Positions 27,250 through 38,686 of a stretch of DNA of 64,000 bases are shown piece by piece (within the stretch, counting starts at the first letter, position 1; the number at the start of each line of letters is the position of its first letter). Origin of the DNA: Octopus bimaculoides (Eukaryota); contig NC_068992.1 in NCBI RefSeq assembly GCF_001194135.2, positions 15,925,576 through 15,989,575 on the forward strand, written 5' to 3'. A model generated the notes under the pieces. That model was not told the origin of the DNA and did no database searches. It saw only the letters and a program-made list of their open reading frames with translations. Position numbers and translations under genes: made by a program.

Positions 27250-28808
27250 ACTGTAAGATAATATATCATAATATTTATTTTCCGATTTGAAACGACAAAT
27301 ATACATACATTTATCTGTGTTTGTGTAAATGCAAACATATTAACAAAACATTTCATGTTTCGACAGCAAAAATTGCTTCTTATAGTGAAACAACCTCCTT
27401 AATATCTCCTTTTAGTAATGAAACTAAAGCTTTTCTTACATGCATAGCAAAAGGCTATATCATATTTATCTCCCATCAGAATTTTTTAAATACATACACA
27501 TATAGATACCCTTAAAAGCCCCTTGTTATCTTTCTTTCCAAATATATCTGGTGAGAAGAGAATGGGAGTATAAAAAAATTATGAAATCAATTCTGCAATA
27601 TTGAATATATGTTTCCCTACATTAATCCCACCTGCGGTTTCTACCTGAGAGCAGCATAACATTTTACTTAAACCTTTTGCGATTTTACACAACAGTTTAA
27701 AGCCAGGCTATGTTTCTTTACATTTTGTTTCGTGTAGTTGCGTAATTTTCAAGAAACCTATACCTGCGATCAAATGCCGTTGTTTAAAACGTTATTTTAC
27801 GAACGTTTTACCTATTGCCACACTACGTCACCGATAAAAGGGTTTGAATAACAGGTGGCGGGAAATCAGTAATTCGAAAAGCATGATTCTTCCGCATAAT
27901 TTAAATGATCAAAAGATATATATGCACACACACATATATATATATATAATTAAAATAATGCAAACCGTAACTTGGAAGTCACTATCAAACTTTTCCTGAT
28001 ATATATATATATAAATATAAGAGAACATTATTATTCTTAAAAATAATAACGTTAGTAACCGCGATCATAAGAGCCGTATAGGCAAAATTAATAGTTATAT
28101 ATAAGATATATAAATATATTTATATATTCTAGGCTACTACATAAGCGCCTACTTCGTTAAAAATAGAAGTCAAAATACTTCTAAGCCACAGAAGAATCAT
28201 TAAATAAATAGGCTTGATCGGAAAAAATTGTCGTGAATAAGAATAGTGGATGCAAAAGGAATGCCAATTTATATGATATCATGAATTCGAATTTAGCGCC
28301 AATGGCAATGTATCTTCTCATTTTGTAAAAAGAAAAGCAGCAAAACAAAGGATATATCTTCATTTTCATACAAGAGCAAAAATAAAATAACAGATGCAAA
28401 AAAGAAACGAACACACAATACGGCGAGAAGATTATTAAAGATAACTGCTAACGGATATGGATGTATAAACGCCCTCGCACAAGCCGCATGGCACATGTAC
28501 TCTCGCTCATAGAAGCATCTGCGAAGACGTAAGTTTAGGCAAACGTGTGGTTTGGTGCACACAGGTTCACATAGCTACTTGGTATTTATAGGAATGGGAA
28601 GGTTAAAGCTAAACTCGCTTCATCCTTATCTTTAAGTAAATTATGCTAACAGTTACTCAAATTCATCCCCATTGCATTGTGCAAAATTACATTTATATGT
28701 ATGTAGGCATACATATATTTGTATATGGATACAAATGTTCAATGCATTTACACGCATACATGTATACAGTCACACGTATACAGATAGCTTCCTTCAGAAC
28801 GAATACAT

Positions 28809-28868
<60 letters not shown>

Positions 28869-31509
28869 GTGTTTGTGTATGTGTGTGTGCCAGCGCGCGT
28901 GTGTGTGCCAGCGCGCGTGTCTGTGCGTGTTTGTGTGTGCGAGTGTGAGTGAATGTGTGTTTGTGTATATGTGTGAGTGTGTGCGCGCGCGTGTTTCTGT
29001 GTTTGTATAATATTTACTTTTCAGACATAAGTTAGAAAGTACATCATCCGTTCATTTCTACATTGTTTTCTTATAAGCCATATACTATTTATTTTACTTC
29101 GTCTGTAAGTGTATTTCGAATATGTCAATCAATCGAGGATATTTTCCCGATTCTTTGACTTATAACCTTGTCGAACTGTTCAGCATAATTACCAGTATTT
29201 TTGCTCAGATAGTCTATCCTTTTAGAATATTGAATTTTTCTGCCTGACTTCTTCAAGTTTTAAAACTCACTACAAATTTTAAAATATTAGGCAAATTCTC
29301 AAAAATTAGCATCTCATGTATATGTGTGTGTATGTGTATGTGTGTGTGTGGTGTGTGTGTTTGTGTATGTGTGTGCGTGTGTGTATATATATATATATAT
29401 GTATATATACAAATACATACATGCATAGACACACACCACATAATATACATAACTGAATGTATGTGTGTATATGTATGTACATACACATATATATATATAT
29501 GTGCGTGTGTAGATAGATGGATAGATAGCTAGATAGATAGATAGATAGATAGATAGATATTTAGGCTCCGCTATCCATATAAAAGAAAACTAATGCATCT
29601 GTTCTTAAGGTTGATGTCAAATTATTAATGTAAAGTGTGAATTTATTATTAATAATGCCAGGTTCAAGAAGAGGTTAAAATTTATACTCATACCTTTATA
29701 TAAAATTATCAGTCTCTTCCACTTTATGGAAATGCGCAGCATTAATATACATGCCTGCATACAAACACACACATACGGGGTGCGATGGATAAACTGTCGT
29801 GGATAGAAATGATGTGTGGACCCTATTAGGTAAAGATTGAGTTTCCTTCACGTATGTTGTTGTAACATTTTCCAGCTACACATTGATATGAGGGAATGAT
29901 ACCACTCAAATTGTATTTCGCTGTAATCGATCTTACTTGCACGCATACGTATATATACATTTACATGCGTAGGTAGGCATCATTTAATGCACACATGATT
30001 TAATTTAAACGTGAGTTACTATAAGATTCATGCTCGGATAGTACCGTAATCAGCTGAGCTTATATAGCGTTTCGTGATCTATCCGAGCCAACGAATGACG
30101 TAATAGTACACTAGATTCGTGTATGTACTTATGTGTGTGTGTGTGTGTTTGGGGGAGGGGTGTTGATGGGTGCTTTGGTATAAGATAATACTGGGATATC
30201 ACGGGTAGAAGGGATCTAACTATAGATTTTCTCGTCAGAAACAACTAAGAATTAATCAGCACAAGAACAGAGTAATTTTAGATAGACTTCCTATGTTCTT
30301 AATTGATAAAATATAATCAATTTTTTTTTCTGTAGTAATATAAACGATGTTTATTTTAACTTTTCCAATCGATTGAAAGAACAGCAATAATATATTTATG
30401 AGTTGATGCTAATCCCATTAACCATTTCTTTTGAATCAATATTATCAATCTTCAACGACTTCAGACGTATGTCCTACTATTGTTATTATTTCAGTTTCAT
30501 TTTGATACTAACATAATGGAAATATGAATATAATTTGGGATCTGCTGTTTACTGTTTACATGTATGTGTGCTTTTCTACGAACGATTTCTAATATCAATG
30601 TTGCCCTTTTCTGTGAAAATTCTTCAGTCTTATAAATATTTTTTTCTCACAGATAAAATTCAATGACTGAAACATCTAATAATTTATGTAGAATCATTAA
30701 TATCACATGGAATATTATTTTAAAGGAAAATATATTGCAATCAAAATAAATGATTAAAAAAAGAAAGGATAATATACATTTTATATCTAATATGATAGTA
30801 TTTACAATTTCCTTTTGCCTCACTCTTTTGAATATTCTCTTTATATTTCTTGCAGTCGCAGAAGATGGTTTTTTAAAAAACTTTCTTTGATATTTTAACG
30901 CAGAATGTTTTATCGTCATTTTACTTGGCGAGGTAATTTTATTTTTAACCGAGAAAGTGATTTAGAAATTGAAGATTGAAAGCAAAAAATGTGAGCAAAT
31001 AAATATAAAGTAACATAAATAATTTATAGAAATTTTTGTTGAGGAAGAACAAGGCGTTAATAAAAGTAATGAATTGAAAAACGTATTAAAGAATCTCTAA
31101 AAGAAGGGAAAAAAGATCAGATAAACCAGTATAGCTAAAGAAATGTATTTCAATGAATTCTTTTCTATAGCGGAGTGGCGATTGTGCTTAAACAAGTCTG
31201 TTATCCGATTTCGCATGCTTGGGAAAGACTTAAAATATCACTGCATTTTAATCTCAAAATTAGGACAATTGCTCATGCACAAACACAAAGAAATGTATTA
31301 AAATTAGTGAACGTGCAAAGAAGCAGGTATTAAACTTATCCCTTGTCGTAGTTTTAAGCTTCGAGTAATATTAATAGAGGCACAATGCCACGCATTTTGG
31401 AGCGTTATATAATAGGTTTAATCCAATGCAGTATTAGTCTATTGTTGAGCACCAAATTTTATTGACCTGGCAGGATGAAGGGCAAACTTACGTCGGTTAG
31501 GTTTGGATT

Positions 31510-31840
31510 CATAATATAAGTAGCATCGGTTCAAATGAAAAATATGTGCCTGACCTTCGCAGTTTCTCTAAGAACAGTGAAATTGATGCCATTAATGTTC
31601 GGGTTAAGCTGTCAGAATTTGTCATCTGCCAGAAATAGTTGAGCAGGGAAGAGATTCTGATGAGGAGGGAGGACGTGGTCGTTTGTGTGGGACATTTTTG
31701 GGTGATCAGATGAGGGGAGATAAGTGAGTGGGATTTGTGTGGGTAGAGGTGCCGTGATAACTGCAAGATCCGAGGAACAGCAGTCATTATAGCTGCAGTC
31801 GAAAAGGCAGAAAGACAGAAAAGTGAAAAGGTAATCACTT
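31510..31840 (-). mobile_element. Possible LINE 5'/AP-endonuclease-start remnant
   Basis: GC-elevated block; the minus strand gives HKRPRPPSS..., NINGIN and VLRET, weakly like APE motifs N(I/V)xG and LxET. Confidence 0.25.
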
Positions 31841-33941
31841 TTTAAAGTTGTTTTTACAGATTTTTTCTATAGAATTTACAGCCAGCACTGAGAGTTACGA
31901 CATTTCATCTAAGAATACGTCTAAGTAAAGTATGTATTATGTAAGGATGGATGCAGGTTCGCATGCGTGTCTCTGTGTCTTACTGAGCGTTTATATACAT
32001 ATACTCACACAGTCATATATATATAGANNNNNNNNNNNNNNNNNNNNNNNNNNNNNNNNNNNNNNNNNNNNNNNNNNNNNNNNNNNNNNNNNNNNNNNNN
32101 NNNNNNNNNNNNNNNNNNNNNNNNNNNNNNNNNNNNNNNNNNNNNNNNNNNNNNNNNNNNNNNNNNNNNNNNNNNNNNNNNNNNNNNNNNNNNNNNNNNN
32201 NNNNNNNNNNNNNNNNNNNNNNNNNNNNNNNNNNNNNNNNNNNNNNNNNNNNNNNNNNNNNNNNNNNNNNNNNNNNNNNNNNNNNNNNNNNNNNNNNNNN
32301 NNNNNNNNNNNNNNNNNNNNNNNNNNNNNNNNNNNNNNNNNNNNNNNNNNNNNNNNNNNNNNNNNNNNNNNNNNNNNNNNNNNNNNNNNNNNNNNNNNNN
32401 NNNNNNNNNNNNNNNNNNNNNNNNNNNNNNNNNNNNNNNNNNNNNNNNNNNNNNNNNNNNNNNNNNNNNNNNNNNNNNNNNNNNNNNNNNNNNNNNNNNN
32501 NNNNNNNNNNNNNNNNNNNNNNNNNNNNNNNNNNNNNNNNNNNNNNNNNNNNNNNNNNNNNNNNNNNNNNNNNNNNNNNNNNNNNNNNNNNNNNNNNNNN
32601 NNNNNNNNNNNNNNNNNNNNNNNATATATATATATATATATATATATAAGAAATAATTAAGAGTCAGTTGAATTAAGTTCTTATGTTGAAGCACCAAAGC
32701 AGCCCGGTATTATCTGCGAAGCTTGAAATAAAGTGAATAATATGAAAATAAGCAACAAACTATCAAATCATATATACAAAAACACCTGTAATATTACAAC
32801 TTACAAAATTTCTTCGGTCTGAATAGCTTTAACTGCCCTCACTACTTCCGTACCTATAACCCCCTCTTTTAGGATTACTTTTATCTCTTCCTTGCCTCTA
32901 ATTTTAATCTCCCGTCTCTTTATATGCAGGTTATATATATTTCTTATTATTTTCTATAAATTCATATTATTTTGTTTTCTTATTTTGATAATCTTATTAA
33001 TCTCTTATCTTTTATAAATTGTTATTGTTTTTTGTTCTTAAATTGATATTTTCAGATATTTAAGACTATGCGAGATATTTATACTATATCCATATAAGCG
33101 TACAAATATTTGTGTGTGTATATATGCATATGTGCACATATAAACGTGTGTGTATCTGTATGCATTTTTACACTTTTCTGATTCATGGCTTTTTCCATAT
33201 GTAAATGCCTTGAGCAGTCTTTATAGAAATCACCTAATAATTAATTCATTAAGTACATGAATGGATATTAAACTGATTCTATGTAATCTTCCTTTTTAAT
33301 GTTTATATTTGATATATACACACCTTTTAATATTTTGGTTATGTTATCATTTTTGAAATTCTTGAATTTTATTTTTATACAATATTACAATATTATTTAT
33401 AAACATTCCCCCATAGTGCCCCTAAATGAAATTTCCTCGGTATTAACATCTTAGGTTTCTTAGTGTCTTGCTCCTTTAACTGGTAATTAACATCATGATT
33501 TAAAGTCTACCCCTACCTTGCCTCTTTTTATAGACAGTTACTTATATCCAACAGACTACTCCAAATGTCTTATTTCCTTCCCCGTGTCTATTCAAATAGA
33601 CACAGTCTTCAGTCTCAGATTTAGTAGTTGATATAGAGATAAATGAATAACAAAGGAATTTCAACCCTTACAACCCTATAACTCCATTATGCTCCACGCG
33701 ATTCTTAGAAGTTGAAGTCTATTCTTAGCTATAATAGCGACAACATGAATTTCTTCCCTATTAATCTGTTAAAAGATTTAAGAAAAATTATATTATTGTT
33801 AAAATTACATTCATTTATTTATGCAGCTGAAGATAGCACATCATTTAAATTGATGCAACGATTGCATTGTTTAATTAAATGGAGTCGCTTGAAACGGTCG
33901 TACTGCATTACTACTTGATATTGATATTCTGTTGCTTATTT

Positions 33942-33987
<46 letters not shown>

Positions 33988-34323
33988 GCATACATATATA
34001 TTGTCGATGGCCGGATAACTGAAAGGATGTTGGCGTGGGCTCCCATCTCGGCATCCAAAACTCGGAGCTTTATCATGGCTACCGAATAAGTGTCACATAT
34101 TTTTACAGATAAATTCCTCTATTTACATAATATCGAGGTCTCTTTCTTTCTTTTGTTGTCCTTTCTATCAGTAATATATATATAAAGAATATGAGGGGTT
34201 TAGTTCACTGGTGATCTAAATGAATGAATACGCTGAGTAATTGCTATAGTTGGACTCCCGTTAGGTTCCAAGTTCCCAATGTTCCCAGCTGAGGCTGGAT
34301 CAAGGGACACGTATTAGGGTTCC

Positions 34324-34606
34324 GTTATAGCAGGTACATATTATATAAAAGGAAAAATCAAAAACCAAGCCAGGACGAATATTTCAAGTCAGTTAGGATA
34401 ATTTAATTAGGGGAAGGTGAATTTCATACCTTGTTTCTGATGGCGAAGTGCCCAGTACGGGGACAAGCTGGCCTACCACTTGAGTTATCCCAGAGACGGC
34501 TGTAAGATTTCAAATTCACCTTACCCTAATTAAATTGTTCTGAAGGACTTGAGATACTCTTTCCGCCTTGGTTTTTGCTTTTTCCTCTAATATAATATAC
34601 TATAAC
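34324..34606. mobile_element. Fold-back element with ~90-bp imperfect inverted arms
   Basis: Left arm AAAGGAAAAATCAAAAACCAAGCC...ATAATTTAATTAGGGGAAGGTGAATTT matches the reverse complement of the right arm AAATTCACCTTACCCTAATTAAATTG...CTTGGTTTTTGCTTTTTCCTCT; spacer about 80 bp. Confidence 0.75.
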
Positions 34607-34628
34607 ACACACACACACGCACACACAC

Positions 34629-34660
<32 letters not shown>

Positions 34661-35912
34661 NNNNNNNNNNNNNNNNNNNNNNNNNNNNNNNNNNNNNNNN
34701 NNNNNNNNNNNNNNNNNNNNNNNNNNNNNCATATATAATGATTTTTCATATAAGCTTCACGCAACTGCTTACCGTTGAGTGAGATAAGATTGATATTTAA
34801 TATTAGGAGAACAACTGCTTCTTGAAATGTTATTTTCGAAGGAAAACAACGATGGTTAAAACATAAATAACTAAAATTTCATACCAGGAATAGAACGCAA
34901 GAAAAGGTTTGTTCAAGTGAGGAACAATATTTATTCCTTAAAAGACGACTGGTTATTATGTAGGCGATATCTTTTGGGAGACACGAAGATCTTAAATTGA
35001 ATTTCATGCATAGATATTATTTGGAAAGTATCAGCAATAAGAATTTCATTTGGAAATGGGCATTTTTCCTATAGTTTCACACAGTTAATCACCGGTGCAG
35101 GTCACGTTACATGCGATACGAGATAAATGAGGATTTATGAAGGACATTTTTATGTATCTAGTCTCTCAATGGGGTTGAATATTTAAGGTTCCCAGTGAAA
35201 ATGTGATTCAAATGACATGAAGTAGCTGTTTCATGTCGCCAAATGCATGTCAATAAATAGCTATTTTCTCTTGTAATGGAAACTTTCTTATTTGTGTCTT
35301 TGTTTTGAGATAACCCATATCCGAATTATTTATGTCCGGAAAATGGATATGAGAGGATGCACAATGCAATACAGAATTGGCATAGAAGAATCTGGAATGA
35401 AAGTCAAGCAAATTATAAATGCTTGATAGGAAGAACACAATACATAGCGGATGCTTTCTGTATTCACAATTTAAAGAAAAATAATTATAGAACCTATGTA
35501 TCATGCACAAACAAATAGAATAATGCTATGAAATATTTCGAAGCAAACAAAGGCAGGATCTTTAGAATAACAAACCAGCGAAACATAAAAAACACTCCAC
35601 AAAGACGATAATGAAATGCTGAAAAACGAAGGGAATTGAAATTGAATGAGAAGTTCTGAAACATTAAATGAAAACAATTTGAAAATAGAATTATCGATGT
35701 CCCCTAATAGATGCCAACAATTTCGCACCAGAACAGGAATTGAATGGTAGAATGAAATATGAAAAATATCACGTGAAAATAGTAGCACTATAGATTTTGA
35801 TTCTCGAATTCGATGACACGAGAAACCAAAGTCCGGACGCTTGGTTTCCATGGAGTATAAGTGGCAGCGATCCCAATATCCACCCACCCCAGTGAACCAA
35901 ACATCGGTTGCT

Positions 35913-36118
35913 GGCATAGTGCAAGATCAGAAATTTTGAGGGGAGGGTGTACATCAGTTACATTCATCCCACCACTTAGCTGGTACCTTATTCTGTCACT
36001 CCGGATGGATGAAAGGCGACATTGATCTTGCTGGCATTTGGACTCGGAATGTAAAGATCCGGAAGTAATACAGCTAAGCATTTTGTTCGGCGCACTAACG
36101 GTTCTGCTAACTCACCAC
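35913..36118 (-). mobile_element. SINE family B, diverged
   Basis: AGCTGGTACCTTATT...GGATGAAAGGC...CTAAGCATTTTGTTCGGCGCACTAACGGTTCTGCTAACTCACCAC. Confidence 0.75.
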
Positions 36119-36445
36119 ATTTAGCACTACGTTACTCTCAGACAAATACAGGGTTTCTTAAAATGATGGGATGTATTTTGTCTTCGCATAACAGGGAAAG
36201 CAGGCGGTAGTTATCTCAGCGATATGATATTCAGACTTTAAACTTTGTTATGAAATCCTATACCTTGGTAACCTAGCATACCATTTTCGAAATGGCTTGC
36301 TCTAGTCCTTGTTACTTTCGGGTAAAGTGTGTCCAATCATTATATGAGACCGACTATATATATCGCTTATTTCTATGAAATCAGTATCATCATCATAAGA
36401 GAGATAAACCATGCGCAGTTATTGATAACGGCCTTTAGTCAAAAT

Positions 36446-36868
36446 GTTCTCTTTTACTGTAGGCACAAGGTCCGAAATTTTGGGGAGGTTTCCAGTCGAT
36501 TAGATCGACCCCAGTACGCAATTGGTACCCCGAAATGATGAGAGGCAAAGTCGACTTCGGCGGAATTTGAACTCAGTACGTAAAGACAGACGAAATGCCG
36601 CGAAGTATTTCGCCCAGCGTGCTAACGTTTCTTATTTCCTTACTGCCCACAAGGGGCTACACACAGAGGGGACAAACAAGTAGAGACAAACGGATTAGGT
36701 CGATTATATCGACTCCAGTGCGTAACTGGTACTTATTTAATCGACCCCCGAAAGGATGAAAGGCAAAGTCGACCTCGGCGGAATTTGAACTCAGAACGTA
36801 GCGGCAGACGAAATACCAGTAAGCATTTCGCCCGGCATGCTAACGTTTCTGCCAACTCGCCACTTCTC
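36446..36868 (-). mobile_element. SINE family B dimer (two subfamily tails, one complete head)
   Basis: Copy 1 spans about 36455-36632 and copy 2 spans 36633-36863; both are flanked by the direct repeat TAGTCAAAAT (36436-45/36869-78). Confidence 0.85.
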
Positions 36869-37896
36869 TAGTCAAAATATTGCTCCTACAGAAATTTAAA
36901 TTTTATAAATTTTAAAATTAAAGTAAGATGTAGTGTGATGAATGTGCAGAATAAACCATGAAACATTTATGCATCCTCTACGGTTAAAAAAAAAAGAAAA
37001 GAAAAATAAAGAAAACCATACAAATATATCATATATATGCTTACATATGTCTAAGAAGCATCGAGAATATTCACAATTTCCAAGGAGAGTATTGCTAATT
37101 ATAATCACCAATGATCTATTAAATTTTCTGTTGATTGTAGAAAGAAAAACATGTCAATGGCATATAAGAAGACTACAAATGAATGTGCTTAAATGGGAAG
37201 GTTCTTTCAAAATTTACAGCAGAAACATAAAAAAATAGTCGATAAATTGCATTAATCAATGATCTTGGATAGCATGAAAGAAACGATAGCATTTGCGTAC
37301 AGCAACGGCCATACACGTTGCACAGAATATTTATAGCTCAAATAGTATATATGACGTTTCTTATTATCAGAAACAGCACCATATTGTATTAGGATGTCTA
37401 AAATTATATCTCACCACATATTCCAAGGGACACGGCCACGAAACGTAATTAATCTATACACGCCTGGTTATGTAGTTACATCTCTTTAAATGTTATTAAC
37501 AGTGTTGTTGTTGTTGTTGGTGGTGTTGTTCATGTGGTCATGTTCTTTTAATATAAAGTTATTTGATACTTATATGGCCGTCTACTTATATTAGAAAATA
37601 ACAAAGTGAAGATCCTGTTGAACATTAAAATAAACGTTATGCCATTTGTAATCAGAAAAATGATGCGGTAATGGTATCCATGACATTAACTAAGTGATTA
37701 TAATTTTGAGCTGAAGCGAGCTTGAGAGCAAAGAATTTTGACATACGTGGCTATTGAATTAAGTATATTAAGGCACTTAAGCCATACGTCCATCATCCCA
37801 TTTGTGAACGTTATCAATTGAATGATATTCTCTGAGAAGATTCACTGAAAATCTATAATGATAGACGTAATTAAATAACTGAAAATGTCCGTATCA

Positions 37897-37968
37897 GGAC
37901 AATTACCCCACGAGGAAAATTACTCCCATTGGACAATTCCTCCTGACGACAACTACCCCCTAGAACAA
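37897..37968 (+). repeat. Degenerate ~17-bp tandem repeat (GGACAATTACCCC core), 4 copies
   Basis: Units start at 37897, 37914, 37931 and about 37947. Confidence 0.75.
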
Positions 37969-38509
37969 TAAGCCTTCTTTGAAACAGCCTTCCTAGAAAT
38001 TCTAGCGTTTGTGGCTATCATTCCTCAAAGAAGAGCAGAGGCGTAAGAACTTGTTGCTGGCTTGACCTTAAGAAATGTATCGTGAAGAATTGCAGTGGAA
38101 GCTGATTCACTGTCTACGCTCAGGTTAACAATACCTTCACCTGTCGCTGTGTTCTAGTGATGGGGCGGAGTCGAGATGCTAGACTTACCACTCGTCACGC
38201 AAAACAGAGTTATTGATGTTCAACAAATACTTCTTTAGAATAAATGCTGCTGACACAGACTCTCCCTTGTCATTTAGCTTGCCTGTACTTAGTGAACGAA
38301 GCAGCCTTTTGTTTTTCGCTTTTATATTTCATTCTTTACCAGCATTTAACTCCCTCTATCTGTAGATTTAAAATTTATATATGAGAAATAAGAGCAACAA
38401 ACTACACACCTATTCTCGTTTTTGCAAACATGAATGTACTTTGTTCCAATGTGTTACCTTGATGTGTTTCCATCCATTGTTGTTTACTTGTTCACGCGAA
38501 AGTAAGACT

Positions 38510-38686
38510 TACAAAGGATGGGAGTTCTGAAAGTTCCTAGAGATAAGAATATTGCAAAAGGCCTGGCTGGGGCCCCAACCTTTCCGAGTTCTTTTTCAAG
38601 GCTTAGAAAGACTTATAATTATAATTAACTGATTCTCCTGTATTTTCTTTTACCCAAAGCCAGGAACTTTTCGGCACACCCTCGTA
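38510..38686. mobile_element. Mariner-derived MITE / internally deleted Tc1-mariner element
   Basis: Right end AAAGCCAGGAACTTTTCGGCACACCCTCGTA is a mariner-type TIR ending in TA. The left end TACAAAGGATGGGAGTTCTGAAAGTTCCTAG is a degenerate inverted copy. Confidence 0.65.

Noticed and set aside
30032-30088. 10-bp perfect inverted repeat GCTCGGATAG enclosing GAAAC and CTGA words on the - strand
   Set aside because: Cannot be folded into a valid type II HHR; a short IR could be chance or TE debris.
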